In this document: positions 9,523 through 19,723 of the stretch, piece by piece
How positions within the stretch are numbered: the first letter of the stretch is position 1
Layout: the number at the start of each line of letters is the position of its first letter
DNA from: Candidatus Saccharicenans sp.
Lineage (GTDB): Bacteria > Acidobacteriota > Aminicenantia > Aminicenantales > Saccharicenantaceae
Reading direction: 5' to 3'
Length of the DNA: 64,000 nucleotides
Assembly (NCBI GenBank): GCA_049719515.1
Contig: JBNARJ010000008.1
Location: 43,035 to 107,034, forward strand
Position numbers and translations under genes: made by a program
Notes under the pieces: generated by a model
Seen by the model: the letters and a program-made list of their open reading frames with translations, nothing else
Told to the model about the DNA's origin: nothing
Databases searched by the model: none

Positions 9523-9930
9523 ATGGCCATGATACTTCTGGTGGACGATGACCGCGACCTGACCCAAAGCCTGAGTCAGGTGTTAAAGGTTAAAGGTTAT
9601 GAAGTTGAAGTGGCTCACAGCGGACAGGAAGGGTTGAAGAAGCTGCTGGAAGTAAAGCCTGACCTTCTCATCCTGGACGTCATGATGGAAACGGACACGG
9701 CCGGGTTCGAGGCGGTGTACCAGATAAGAAGCGAACGCTCAGATTCTAAGTACCGGGAGTTTAAAAATATTCCGATAATCATCCTGACGGCCATTGACCA
9801 GGTAACCAATTCGCGTTTTTCCCTGGACCAGGAAGAAAGTTTCCTGCCCGGGCGCAATGAATTCCTGACTAAACCGGTTGACCTGGAGGAATTGCTGGAA
9901 AAAATCGAAATGAGTCTGGCCAGAAAATAA
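9523..9930 (+). CDS. Single-domain response regulator (receiver)
   Basis: Motifs LLVDDD, LILDVMM, IILTA and LTKP. Confidence 0.92.
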   Translation: MAMILLVDDDRDLTQSLSQVLKVKGYEVEVAHSGQEGLKKLLEVKPDLLILDVMMETDTAGFEAVYQIRSERSDSKYREFKNIPIIILTAIDQVTNSRFSLDQEESFLPGRNEFLTKPVDLEELLEKIEMSLARK

Positions 9931-9957
9931 GAGAAAAGTTTAAGTGAAATAAATAAA

Positions 9958-11910
9958 ATGCGAAAAATGAACCTCAAAGAGTTTGTTCAAAGGCTGGAAA
10001 CGCTGCGCCGCAGCCTGAGGTTCAAGCTGATTTTCGGGTTGCTGACCATCGTCTTCCTGATGGGCGCCCTGTCCATTTATCTGGGGGTAAATTCCATAAA
10101 CCGCAACGTCATCCGCGAAGCCTATGATAACGTTAAGAATAGCCTCAAGGCGATAAATGACCTTTACCAGGAAGAGATAAAGAGCCGGTCGAAAATTATT
10201 GAATACCTTTCCCGCACCTCAGAGATTGTCAACGCGACGGCCGCGGGCGACAGGAAATACCTGTATGAAAAATTGCTGCAGATAAAAGAAGAATTTGGTT
10301 TTGACATAGTCAATGTGGTTAAGCCGGACGGAACGATTCTGGTCAGGGCTAATAATTTCGACGCCTATGGCGACAGCGTTGCCCACTACAAATACATTCA
10401 ATGGGTGCTGCGTAACAAAAAACCGGCGGCCGGCACCGGTATTCTTGGGTATGAAAATATCAAAAACGAAGGACAGGACCTGGCCGAAAGAACTTTGATT
10501 CCGATTATCCCCACTCCAAAAGCCAGACCGCAGCGCAAGGAGATGGAAGAAAGAGCTCTGGTTTTAAAGACAGTTTCACCCATCTTCCGGCAGGGACGCC
10601 TGGTGGGAGTGCTTTATGCGGCGGTGCTTCTGAACAATAACGACCGTTTTGTCGACCGGTTTAAAAAACTGATCTTTAAGGAAGAAAAGGTTAAAGGCAA
10701 AGACGTCGGCACCATCACCATTTTCCTCGATGATGTTCGGGTAGCCACTAACGTTTTGGATGAAAACGGGCGCAGGGCCGTGGGCACGCTGGTGTCAGAA
10801 GAAGTTTACCGGCAGGTTTTTGAGAAAGGGCAAGACTGGCTGGGGAAAGCCTTTGTGGTCAATGATTATTATCTGTCTGGCTACACACGACTGACCGATG
10901 TGGAGGGTGTGCCGGTGGGCATGCTTTATGTGGGTATTCTAGAAGCCAAGTTTACGTCTATCCTGCGCCGCACGACTCTGCTTTATTTTATGCTAATTTT
11001 TCTGATGACGGTTGTTGCGGTGTACGTCTCCACTTACCTGGTCAATCTTTACACCAGACCGATTAACCGGTTGATAAAAGCCACTTCAGAGATTGCCAGG
11101 GGGAACTACCATCTGCTGGAAATTCCCCCGGAAGAAAGCGCCGAAATACGGGAACTTGAAGAATATTTTAACGATATGGTCAAAGCGGTCGAAGAAAGGG
11201 ATGAGCGTTTAAGAGAGCTGGCAGAAAAAACTATCCTGCGGTCAGAAAAGCTGGCTTCCATCGGACGGCTGGCTTCGGGTATCGCCCATGAAATCAACAA
11301 CCCGCTGACCGGCATTCTCACTTACAGCAGCCTGCTGGCCGAAGAGCTGAAAGGTACACCTTATGAAGAAGACCTGAAAACCATCAAGGAAGAAACGCTG
11401 CGTTGCCGCAAAATTGTCAGAGGCCTGCTCGATTTTGCCCGTGATTACAAACCAGAAAAAACAAGCATAAACCTGAATTCTTTGATTGAGGAAGCTTTAC
11501 AGCTGCTGGAAAAACATGTGAATTTTCATAATATAAAAATTGTTAAAGATCTCGAGCCAAACCTGCCTGAAGTCAAAGTGGATGCGGATGAGTTTCGTTC
11601 GGTAATCAACAACCTGGCGGTCAATGCGGCTGACGCCATGCCTAACGGTGGCCAACTGACCATTACCACCAGGTTTGACCGGGCGGCCAACCAGGTTATA
11701 ATCAAGGTAGCCGACACCGGAGTAGGAATAAGCGAAGAAAACTTGAAGAAAATTTTCGAGCCCTTCTTTACCACCAAAGAAAAGGGTAAGGGAACCGGCC
11801 TGGGGCTGGCCATGACCTACGGTGTGATAAAAAGACATAACGGAACGATAGATGTGAAGAGCAGGGTAGGAGAAGGTACCGAGTTTATCATAAAATTACC
11901 GGTAGAATGA
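9958..11910 (+). CDS. Membrane sensor histidine kinase (TM-Cache-like-TM-HAMP-HisKA-HATPase)
   Basis: Two TM segments, H-box AHEINNPL, N-box [23 protein letters not shown] and GTGLGL. Confidence 0.93.
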   Translation: MRKMNLKEFVQRLETLRRSLRFKLIFGLLTIVFLMGALSIYLGVNSINRNVIREAYDNVKNSLKAINDLYQEEIKSRSKIIEYLSRTSEIVNATAAGDRKYLYEKLLQIKEEFGFDIVNVVKPDGTILVRANNFDAYGDSVAHYKYIQWVLRNKKPAAGTGILGYENIKNEGQDLAERTLIPIIPTPKARPQRKEMEERALVLKTVSPIFRQGRLVGVLYAAVLLNNNDRFVDRFKKLIFKEEKVKGKDVGTITIFLDDVRVATNVLDENGRRAVGTLVSEEVYRQVFEKGQDWLGKAFVVNDYYLSGYTRLTDVEGVPVGMLYVGILEAKFTSILRRTTLLYFMLIFLMTVVAVYVSTYLVNLYTRPINRLIKATSEIARGNYHLLEIPPEESAEIRELEEYFNDMVKAVEERDERLRELAEKTILRSEKLASIGRLASGIAHEINNPLTGILTYSSLLAEELKGTPYEEDLKTIKEETLRCRKIVRGLLDFARDYKPEKTSINLNSLIEEALQLLEKHVNFHNIKIVKDLEPNLPEVKVDADEFRSVINNLAVNAADAMPNGGQLTITTRFDRAANQVIIKVADTGVGISEENLKKIFEPFFTTKEKGKGTGLGLAMTYGVIKRHNGTIDVKSRVGEGTEFIIKLPVE

Positions 11911-11932
11911 CTGCCGGAAAAAAGGATAGAAA

Positions 11933-13000
11933 ATGACCAAACCGAGGATTTTATTCATTGACGACGAAGAAATTGTCCTGCGCAGCTGCCGCCGGATTTT
12001 TGCCAGTTCGGACTATGAAATTGATACCGCCCTGTCCGGGGAGGAAGGCTTAAGCAAAGCCATCAATCAGGACTATGACATAGTGGTTACTGACTTAAAA
12101 ATGCCCGGAATCGGTGGGATGGAAGTGCTGAAAAGGCTGCGTCAGGTTCGGCCTGATACCACGGTGATTATTTTTACCGGGTATGCCAGCGTGGACACAG
12201 CAAGAGAAGCTCTGAAGAATGGGGCTTTTGACTACATTCCCAAGCCTTTTACGCCGGAAGAAATCAGGGAAGTTATCAAAAATGCTCTGGAAGCCCGGGC
12301 GGGAAAGCAGCGCACCATGCTCGACCTGATGGCCATTGTCTCGCATGAATTAAAAAGCCCGGTCTCGGCCCTGCACACGACTGCTTCTACCTTATATAAG
12401 GGTTACTTTGGCCAGCTATCTCCCGAGCAGATGAAAATTCTGGAAACCATAATTCGCAACTGCGAATACTTAGAAGACATAATCAGAAGTTACCTGGATT
12501 TGTCCAAGATGGAGCTGGAGCAGCTCGATTCCTTTAAAGAAGAAATATTTTTTGTCAAAGATGTGGTTGACGAGGTGTTACAGCTCCCGGAAATCGCGGA
12601 AAACACCAAGAAAATGAAAGTCGTGAAAACTTTTGCCGATGAGGTCAAGATAAACGGCGACCCCCGGTTGCTCAAGATTCTCGTCCGCAACCTGGTCAGC
12701 AATGCCATTAAATACGGTTATGAGGGCACTGAAGTTAAGTTGGGCCTGGAAAAAAAGAATGGGGAAATGGTCTTTTCTGTTTATAACGAAGGGGTGGGTA
12801 TTAATCCCGAGGACGGGCAGAGGCTGTTCAAAAAGTTTGAGCGGCTGAAGCAGAGAGGGACCGAGGGGGTAAAAGGCTCTGGTCTCGGCCTGTACATCTG
12901 CAAGAAAATAGTCGACAGTCATAAGGGTAAAATCTGGTTTGAATCTGAGCCGGGCAAGTGGGTCACCTTTTTTGTCAGTCTGCCACTGTCCGCCGGGTAA
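11933..13000 (+). CDS. Hybrid receiver-histidine kinase
   Basis: N-terminal receiver domain (FIDDE, TDLKMP, PKPF), then SHELKSP, NLVSNAIKY and GSGLGL. Confidence 0.9.
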   Translation: MTKPRILFIDDEEIVLRSCRRIFASSDYEIDTALSGEEGLSKAINQDYDIVVTDLKMPGIGGMEVLKRLRQVRPDTTVIIFTGYASVDTAREALKNGAFDYIPKPFTPEEIREVIKNALEARAGKQRTMLDLMAIVSHELKSPVSALHTTASTLYKGYFGQLSPEQMKILETIIRNCEYLEDIIRSYLDLSKMELEQLDSFKEEIFFVKDVVDEVLQLPEIAENTKKMKVVKTFADEVKINGDPRLLKILVRNLVSNAIKYGYEGTEVKLGLEKKNGEMVFSVYNEGVGINPEDGQRLFKKFERLKQRGTEGVKGSGLGLYICKKIVDSHKGKIWFESEPGKWVTFFVSLPLSAG

Positions 13001-13230
13001 GGGAGCAATTTCCATGGCAGAAAATGGAACCCGGCCCCATAACTGAGACGATTGTTATTTAACGTACTTGCCGACGAATCTTTATAATTTACTCCAGTAA
13101 TATTGGATTTTAATTTTTGGGTAGTTCTATGGTATCTTGACGGGTGTTATATGTATCTGTTTTTCCGCCTTTTTTAGAAAAATCACCCTGCCTTTCTATT
13201 ATCAGTTTTCCTTTGGCCTGACTCCCTTAA

Positions 13231-13260
13231 TTGACAAGCCGAGGTAAACTCCCCTATAAT
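13231..13260 (+). promoter_or_regulatory. Sigma70 promoter of ssrA
   Basis: TTGACA-N18-TATAAT with both hexamers perfect, 9 nt upstream of the tmRNA 5' end. Confidence 0.85.
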
Positions 13261-13269
13261 TTACACGTC

Positions 13270-13621
13270 GGGGGCGAAATGGACTCGACGGAGGTAGTGA
13301 AGCAGAAGCTGCAGGCCGAGGTCCCATCAACCTCGTTAAACAGGTGGGAAAAAATTAACTGCAGAACCTGTTGCAGTCGCTGCCTGATAGAAAGTGCAGC
13401 CGTCTTTCATAGCCTTTCCTGCGGGCTATGAGAGACGCCGACCTGCAGGATAGTCTGCCAGGCGTGCTCAGGGTCTGGCAGATGAAGTACCACTTGAGCT
13501 GGTCGAGTGGTTCTTCTCCTCTTCAAGAACCACCTGACGAGATAAGCTGAAGAGGATAAGCCTGTAGAGGCTGACTGTGGAATGCCTCCGGACGCGGGTT
13601 CGATTCCCGCCGCCTCCACCA
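13270..13621 (+). ncRNA. ssrA: tmRNA; tag peptide (A)AEPVAVAA* at 13361-13387
   Basis: 5' end GGGGGCGAAATGGACTCGAC and 3' end GACGCGGGTTCGATTCCCGCCGCCTCCACCA. A TAACT-GCA resume context opens an ORF ending in AA-stop. Confidence 0.96.
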
Positions 13622-13645
13622 ATTTTTTTTATATTAAAAGAAGAG

Positions 13646-14881
13646 ATGCCCAAGCTGCGCAGAAAAGCTTTTATATATGTCTTCAGCCTTTTACTTTTTT
13701 TTACATCTGTTTTTCAGACGCCGGCCTGGCCCAAAACAGTTAAGGCCGCACCAGTCCTCAGAGTTTCGGTGGAAGAGGGAGCTGATTTTACACGCCTCCG
13801 GCTTACTTCAGACAGCAGCCTGGTTTACAGCCACCGGAAAAGCGGAGACAGCCTCATCGTTTCTTTCCGGGCGCTGGCCGGGCTAAAACTTGAACGCCAG
13901 AATTTTTCCAGCCAGCTGGTCAAGTCTGTAGACCTGGCCAAGACACCGGATGCTTATTTATTGGTTGTTAAAATCAATGTCGCTGATTTTACCTACTCTC
14001 ATCGCTTCAAAAAGAAACCTTTTGAAATAACGTTTGAAATAAGGAGCAAATCGGCCAGGCAGGTCAAGAAAGAAAGCACAGCCACTCAGCCGGCTGAAAA
14101 TACGGTCGCCCCCGGAACTCAGGCCGGCCAGCCAGCTCATCAAGAGAAGCCGGCGGAAGAAAGCAGCCAGGTTGCCCACGCCGGCAGTAAAAAAACAAGG
14201 CGAACCATAGTGATTGACCCCGGCCACGGGGGAATGGAAACCGGAGCGCGCGGTAATTTTGGCGCGCTGGAAAAAGATATCACCTTGGCCATTGCCCTTA
14301 AATTAAAGGAAGAAATTGAGAAAAACCTGAATTACCGCGTAGTCATGACCAGAGAAACCGATGTGGTGGTGCCTTTGGCCCAGAGGGCAGCAATAGCCAA
14401 CAACAACAAAGCTGACCTGTTTATCAGCATCCACGCCAACGGTTCCAGGCGCCCGAATGCTCACGGCTCTGAAACTTTTTTCCTCAGCCTGAATGCCACG
14501 GATGAAGAAGCGCGTCGTTTGGCTTATTTTGAAAACAATGAAAACGGTTTTAATGACCAGGTGAAAGGAAAAGAGGCGGATGATCTGAAGATGATTCTCT
14601 GGGACATGGCTCAATCAGCTTACCTGAAGCAAAGCAGTCAGTTAGCGGAAATCGTCCAGGTTGAGCTCAATGAGCTTTTAAACACGGCTAACCGTGGCAT
14701 CAAACAGGCTCCTTTTAAAGTTCTGACCGGCGTGGCCTGTCCGGCCATTCTGGTGGAAGTGGCTTTTATCACCAACCCGGAGGAAGAAAAAAAGCTGCAA
14801 TCCGAAGATTTCCAGGTTAAAGTGGCAGAAGCTATTTACCGGGGATTGGCCAAATTCTTGCAGATGTATGAAAAACCATGA
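13646..14881 (+). CDS. N-acetylmuramoyl-L-alanine amidase (Amidase_3) with signal peptide and AMIN-like N-terminal domain
   Basis: Motifs IDPGHGG, LEKD, FISIHAN and ILVEVAFITN. Start moved to 13646 because the longer ORF overlaps the tmRNA. Confidence 0.92.
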   Translation: MPKLRRKAFIYVFSLLLFFTSVFQTPAWPKTVKAAPVLRVSVEEGADFTRLRLTSDSSLVYSHRKSGDSLIVSFRALAGLKLERQNFSSQLVKSVDLAKTPDAYLLVVKINVADFTYSHRFKKKPFEITFEIRSKSARQVKKESTATQPAENTVAPGTQAGQPAHQEKPAEESSQVAHAGSKKTRRTIVIDPGHGGMETGARGNFGALEKDITLAIALKLKEEIEKNLNYRVVMTRETDVVVPLAQRAAIANNNKADLFISIHANGSRRPNAHGSETFFLSLNATDEEARRLAYFENNENGFNDQVKGKEADDLKMILWDMAQSAYLKQSSQLAEIVQVELNELLNTANRGIKQAPFKVLTGVACPAILVEVAFITNPEEEKKLQSEDFQVKVAEAIYRGLAKFLQMYEKP

Positions 14882-15474
14882 AATCAAAGAACAAGAAAAA
14901 AAGAAAAATCAGGCTGCTCCTTTTACTTCTTTTAATCCTGGTGGCCGTGGTCTTGATTTTCTTTTTCGGCAGCCGTAAAGAAAGCATAAAACATGTGGTC
15001 AGGCCAGCCGAGACGTCCGGCAGTTCCAGCCCGGCCCAAAAAGCTGAGGCCAAAACGGTAACTCTGTTTTTCCTGTCTGAGAGTGATGACCTGCTGCATC
15101 CGGAAGAAAGGCAGGTTGTTTTGAACTCTTCGTCCCCGAATGACCTGGCCCGGGTGATTGTAGAAGAAGTATTAAAAGGTTCAAGCCAGGGGCGGCTGAA
15201 CGCTTTACCTGAAGGTACAAGGCTCCGTCAGGTGTATGTCACATCTGACGGAACAGCCTATGTTGACTTCTCTCGTCATATCACGTCGGGCAACTATTAT
15301 GGTTCCTCTGGTGAGATGGCTGCTGTTTATTCAGTGGTGAATTCTCTGGCCTATAATCTGAAGTCAGTAAAAAAAGTGGTTTTTCTGGTGGAAGGAAGTG
15401 AGAAAGAGACCCTGGGCGGGCACATCGACTTGTCCAGTCCGTTTACCCCTGATTTTTCTTTGGTGGCCAAGTAG
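14878..15474 (+). CDS. GerMN domain membrane-anchored protein
   Basis: Basic N-terminus plus one TM helix. Motifs LPEGTRL..V.V..GTAYVDFS, VYSVVNSL, V..V.FLVEG and GHIDLS.P. Confidence 0.88.
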   Translation: MKSKNKKKRKIRLLLLLLLILVAVVLIFFFGSRKESIKHVVRPAETSGSSSPAQKAEAKTVTLFFLSESDDLLHPEERQVVLNSSSPNDLARVIVEEVLKGSSQGRLNALPEGTRLRQVYVTSDGTAYVDFSRHITSGNYYGSSGEMAAVYSVVNSLAYNLKSVKKVVFLVEGSEKETLGGHIDLSSPFTPDFSLVAK

Positions 15475-15492
15475 AGCCAGGAAACGCCGGAT

Positions 15493-16824
15493 ATGAAAAT
15501 AAAAAAACTGCCACGGGTGGTAATCATCGGATATCCCAACGTGGGTAAATCCACCCTTTTTAACCGCCTGCTCGGTCAAAAAAAGGCTCTGGTTCATTCT
15601 CTGCCAGGCATGACCCGAGATATAATTACCGGGATAGCCAAAATAGAGGAAAGGGAAGTTCTTCTGACCGATACCGGCGGCTTTGCTGACCATCAGATTG
15701 ACCCGTTCTCCCATCTGGTCAGGCAGAAGGCCTGGGAAGCGGCCAGGTCAGCTGATGTGCTTATTTTGCTTCTTGATGGGAAAAGACAGTTAGTGCCGGC
15801 TGAGGAAGAATTGTTTCGGGAGCTGAAAAAGCTCAACAGGCCCCTCCTGGTTGTGGTGAATAAGATTGACAACCCGGAATTTGAACCTGACCTGTCCGAG
15901 TTTTACCGCCTGGGGCAGGAAGAACTTATCCAAATTTCGGCTGAGCATAAATTAAACCTTGGTTATTTAAAGGAAAAAATTTTAGAAGCGCTGCCCCAGA
16001 CTTCATCCCCGGCCGCCGGTCCTTCTGGGGAAGAGAAACCTCTGAAAATTGCCATCGTCGGCCGGATAAACGTGGGGAAATCTTCCTTGGTCAACCGCCT
16101 GTGCGGCGAGGAAAGACTTCTGGTAAGTGAAATACCGGGCACCACCAGGGATAGCGTGGATACTCTGATTGTTCGGAACCAGAAAACGTTCTGCCTTGTT
16201 GATACTGCGGGAATAAGAAAGCTCAGCGGTACCAGGGATTCCAGGGAAAAAGCTGGAATAATAAGAGCCAAAAGGAACATAGAAGAAGCAGACGTTATCT
16301 GTCTGGTGATGGATGTCCAGGAATTTCCCACCCGCCAGGACGCCCACATCGCCACTCTGGCCTATAACTCCGGTAAACCAATGATGATTGCCCTTAATAA
16401 ATGGGACCTGGTGGAAAAAGACAAAGTTAATCCGGAACAGGTTCGGCAGCTGGTTTTTAACCGCCTGCATTTTGTTGACTATGCTCCTCTTCTTTTTATT
16501 TCGGCCAAGACCGGACAAAGGGTGGTAAAAATCCTCGACCTGGCAGAAGAAATTTATCAATCTGCTTCAAAAAAAGTCGAGACGTCAGCTTTAAACCGGT
16601 TCTGGGAAAAGTTTTCACGTGAATATCCGCCAAAGACCAGGGATGGTTCTACTCTAAAGATTAAATATGTTGTGCAAAAAGGAGTCAGGCCGCCTACCTT
16701 TGTCTTTTTCGGGCACAGCCGCAGTCCGCTGCTGCCCTCGTATGAGAAATTCCTGGCGGATGTTTTCCGCGAACAATTCGGTTTCATCGGGACGCCCATC
16801 CGCTTTCAGTTAAGAAAAAGTTAG
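15493..16824 (+). CDS. der: Ribosome biogenesis GTPase Der (EngA)
   Basis: Two G domains (GYPNVGKS/DTGG/NKID and GRINVGKS/DTAG/NKWD) plus a KH-like C-terminus ending F.GTPI. Confidence 0.96.
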   Translation: MKIKKLPRVVIIGYPNVGKSTLFNRLLGQKKALVHSLPGMTRDIITGIAKIEEREVLLTDTGGFADHQIDPFSHLVRQKAWEAARSADVLILLLDGKRQLVPAEEELFRELKKLNRPLLVVVNKIDNPEFEPDLSEFYRLGQEELIQISAEHKLNLGYLKEKILEALPQTSSPAAGPSGEEKPLKIAIVGRINVGKSSLVNRLCGEERLLVSEIPGTTRDSVDTLIVRNQKTFCLVDTAGIRKLSGTRDSREKAGIIRAKRNIEEADVICLVMDVQEFPTRQDAHIATLAYNSGKPMMIALNKWDLVEKDKVNPEQVRQLVFNRLHFVDYAPLLFISAKTGQRVVKILDLAEEIYQSASKKVETSALNRFWEKFSREYPPKTRDGSTLKIKYVVQKGVRPPTFVFFGHSRSPLLPSYEKFLADVFREQFGFIGTPIRFQLRKS

Positions 16825-16919
16825 GGGAAAAGGTGACTGGCCTTCATTTTCTTCCAGAAATTTTACCCCCTCGACCGGGGAAAATGGCTCCCGCCGGAAT
16901 TTTTAACTTCTATTTTTTC

Positions 16920-16948
16920 TTGACTTTATGCCCGCATTCTTATATAAA
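16920..16948 (+). promoter_or_regulatory. Putative sigma70 promoter
   Basis: TTGACT-N17-TATAAA upstream of an AAGGAGG RBS. Confidence 0.5.
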
Positions 16949-16988
16949 TTAAGTCTAATTATGCTGAGACCAGGAGTTTAAGGAGGTC

Positions 16989-18002
16989 ATGATGTCTCGT
17001 AAGAGGATAAACGGCTTGGCAGTTATCCTTTTGGCCTTGGCTGTTCTTGTAACCGCCACCAGTTGCGAGAAGCTAAAGGTTAACAACTTAAAGGCTAATT
17101 ATCATTTTAAAAGAGCAAATAGCTTGTTTAAAGAGGGCAAGTATCGTAATGCGGTAGCTGAATACGAGCTGGCTCTTAAGTTCAGGCCTGATCTGGTTCA
17201 GGCTTACCGGTATATCGGCGAAAGCTACAAATCGCTTTACAAGCCCGGAGTTGAATCTGCTCTGAACAAAGAGCTGGAGAAGAAAGCCATCGAAGCTCTT
17301 AGCAAGGCCCTGGAGATTGAACCCAACAACAAGGATATTATCCTTTCGCTGGGTGACATGTATGACAAGCTGAGAAATTTTAAAGAGGCAGAAAAGCTCT
17401 ACCTCAGGATACTCGAACTTGACCCGCAAAACATGGATAACTTCTACGTGGTAGCCGAATTTTACAGCCGCTACGCCGGTGAAGTTCCGGACGCCGCCAA
17501 AAAAGCTGAAACCATGTACCTGCGCCGCATCGAAGCCGACCCGGAAAATCCCATGGGATATGCTTACGCGGCCAATTACTATGAACATCTTCCGGTGAGC
17601 GAACAGAACCTGGAAGAAGCCATCGAAAATTTTGATAAGGCCAATATGTTCTGGGAAAAAAGAATTGCCCTTGACCCGGAAAACCCCCAGGCCTGGCTGG
17701 CCAAGGGTGTCAACCGCTGGAGCCGGGCTTACCGTTTCCAGGGTGCCCCGGCGGCTGAAAGACTGGCCATCGCCAGAGATGCTTTGCAGGCCATTGAAAA
17801 GGCTCGCGACCTGGACCCAAATTATCCTGAACCATACAGCTGGTTGAGCGTTCTCTACAAGAGCGTTCTGGCCAAGCTGGAACCGGAAAAAGAAGCCAGG
17901 TACAATGCTGAAGCTGATAAGAATGCCGAGAAATTCAAGGATTTGAGAACCAGAGTGCTGGAAAAGAAGAAACTGGAAGAAGAGCTGAAAAAGGTTAAGT
18001 AA
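16989..18002 (+). CDS. TPR-repeat protein, probable lipoprotein
   Basis: Signal peptide ending ATSC and several TPR repeats (ALEIEPNN, ILELDPQN, IALDPEN). Confidence 0.8.
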   Translation: MMSRKRINGLAVILLALAVLVTATSCEKLKVNNLKANYHFKRANSLFKEGKYRNAVAEYELALKFRPDLVQAYRYIGESYKSLYKPGVESALNKELEKKAIEALSKALEIEPNNKDIILSLGDMYDKLRNFKEAEKLYLRILELDPQNMDNFYVVAEFYSRYAGEVPDAAKKAETMYLRRIEADPENPMGYAYAANYYEHLPVSEQNLEEAIENFDKANMFWEKRIALDPENPQAWLAKGVNRWSRAYRFQGAPAAERLAIARDALQAIEKARDLDPNYPEPYSWLSVLYKSVLAKLEPEKEARYNAEADKNAEKFKDLRTRVLEKKKLEEELKKVK

Positions 18003-18018
18003 TTTAGAAGAAATTAAT

Positions 18019-18050
18019 AAAGGGCAGACTGAAAAGTCTGCCCTTTTTTT
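18019..18050 (+). terminator. Rho-independent terminator
   Basis: AAAGGGCAGACT-GAAA-AGTCTGCCCTTT followed by a T tract. Confidence 0.9.
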
Positions 18051-18062
18051 ATTTGAGGCTGA

Positions 18063-18734
18063 ATGTTTATTCCACTTAAAGACGAAAATCCTACCTTTCG
18101 CTATCCCTTTATAACTATCACCCTGATTGCTGTCAATTGCCTGATTTTTCTTTTTCAGGCACTTTCTCCGAGGGGGCTGGAGTATTACGTCCTGAAATTT
18201 GGCGTCATTCCTTATGAGGTAACCCACTGGCATCTGGAGGTGGCCGTCCCCCGGGTGGCCTGGCCTCTCAGCCTGTTCACCGGCATGTTCATGCACGGCA
18301 GCCTGCTCCACCTGGCTGGCAACATGCTGTACCTCTGGATTTTTGGGAACAACGTGGAGGATTACCTCGGGCCTCTGAGGTTTATTTTCTTTTATCTGAC
18401 CAGCGGTCTGGCTGCTTCTCTAGTTCAGGTAATGTTTTATCCAAACTCTACCGTGCCGATGATCGGCGCCAGCGGGGCCATTGCTGGTGTTTTGGGAGCC
18501 TATCTGCTCCTCTACCCGGCGGCTCGGGTTAAAACCCTGGTCTTCTTATTTTTTTATTTTACAGTTGTTTATGTACCGGCCTGGATTCTCTTGACTCTGT
18601 GGTTTGTGCTGCAGCTGGCCAACGTGGGGATGGGAGGCGGCGTGGCCTGGTTTGCTCATATCGGCGGTTTTTTGACCGGTTTGGGCCTGATTTCTCTGCA
18701 GCTCAAAAAACGGCGACCATTCTATTATGTTTAA
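18063..18734 (+). CDS. Rhomboid family intramembrane serine protease
   Basis: Motifs MFMHGSLLHLAGNM, GASGA (catalytic Ser) and AHIGG (catalytic His). Confidence 0.94.
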   Translation: MFIPLKDENPTFRYPFITITLIAVNCLIFLFQALSPRGLEYYVLKFGVIPYEVTHWHLEVAVPRVAWPLSLFTGMFMHGSLLHLAGNMLYLWIFGNNVEDYLGPLRFIFFYLTSGLAASLVQVMFYPNSTVPMIGASGAIAGVLGAYLLLYPAARVKTLVFLFFYFTVVYVPAWILLTLWFVLQLANVGMGGGVAWFAHIGGFLTGLGLISLQLKKRRPFYYV

Positions 18735-18786
18735 CGGGCTCTTGCCTTTATAAGAAAAAAGAGCTAAAATAAGCTCCTTCTGTTTA

Positions 18787-18815
18787 TTGACAATTTAGCC
18801 ATAATTTAGTATCTT
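18787..18815 (+). promoter_or_regulatory. Sigma70 promoter of the rplM operon
   Basis: TTGACA-N17-TATCTT. Confidence 0.65.
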
Positions 18816-18858
18816 AACACATCCATATAGGATTATTTTCTTTAGGCAAGGTCGAACA

Positions 18859-19287
18859 ATGAAGACTTATCATCCAAAAAAAGATGAAATTCAGCAAAAA
18901 TGGTGGCTGATTAACGCTGAAGGCCAGATTCTGGGACGCCTGGCCACCGAGATAGCCGTGCTTCTTCGCGGAAAAAACAAGCCCCAGTTTGCCCCGAATG
19001 TTGATGTGGGAGATTTTGTGGTGGTCATCAACGCCGAAAAGATTAAGGCTACCGGCAACAAGCTTGAGGATAAGATCTACTACCATCATTCCCTTTATCC
19101 TGGGGGTTTAAAGGAAAAAAAGCTCAAAGAAATGCTTGAAACCAAGCCGGAAGAAGTCATCCGAAAAGCAGTCTGGGGAATGATGCCGAAGAACAAGCTG
19201 GGGAGAGCCCTCATCAAGAAGTTAAAGGTCTACCGTGGCGCTGAGCATCCCCATCAGGCCCAGACCCCTGAAGAATATAAGATTTAG
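18859..19287 (+). CDS. rplM: 50S ribosomal protein L13
   Basis: Motifs LGRLAT.IA..LRGKNKP.F.P.VD.GD.VVVINA and HPHQAQ. Confidence 0.98.
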   Translation: MKTYHPKKDEIQQKWWLINAEGQILGRLATEIAVLLRGKNKPQFAPNVDVGDFVVVINAEKIKATGNKLEDKIYYHHSLYPGGLKEKKLKEMLETKPEEVIRKAVWGMMPKNKLGRALIKKLKVYRGAEHPHQAQTPEEYKI

Positions 19288-19295
19288 GAGGAGCC

Positions 19296-19700
19296 GTGAG
19301 CCTAATTCAGTATTATGGAACTGGCAAAAGAAAAAACGCTGTGGCTCGAGTTTTTCTCCGCTCGGGCAAAGGCGATATCACTCTGGTGGTGAATAGAAAA
19401 ATCCGTCCTTTTGAGGAATATTTCAAGCTGGAATCTCTCCGTTACATCATCCGTCAGCCTCTGATGATTACCGAGACCGAGAACAAATTCGACATTTTTA
19501 TGAGAGTTGAGGGCGGCGGAATCCGGGGCCAGGCAGAAGCCGTCCGCCTTGGCATTGCCCGGGCGCTGGTCGAGTTTAACAAGGAGCTCCGGCCGATATT
19601 GAGGAATGCCAACCTGCTGACCAGAGATTCCAGAATTAAAGAACGCAAGAAATACGGCTTGCTGGCTGCCCGTAAGGCACCGCAGTATCATAAGAGATAA
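19296..19700 (+). CDS. rpsI: 30S ribosomal protein S9
   Basis: Motifs GTGKRK.AVARV, GGG..GQA.A.R.GIARAL and LTRD.R..ERKK. GTG start after AGGAGG. Confidence 0.98.
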   Translation: MSLIQYYGTGKRKNAVARVFLRSGKGDITLVVNRKIRPFEEYFKLESLRYIIRQPLMITETENKFDIFMRVEGGGIRGQAEAVRLGIARALVEFNKELRPILRNANLLTRDSRIKERKKYGLLAARKAPQYHKR

Positions 19701-19723
19701 AGTTTTTGTAGGGGAGGAAGCCT

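Noticed and set aside
13231-13653. Small ORFs and the N-terminal extension of the amidase ORF
   Set aside because: They overlap the tmRNA gene and are artefacts.
17088-18311. 407-aa minus-strand ORF
   Set aside because: It is antisense to the TPR and rhomboid genes, crosses a terminator and has no motifs; a shadow ORF.
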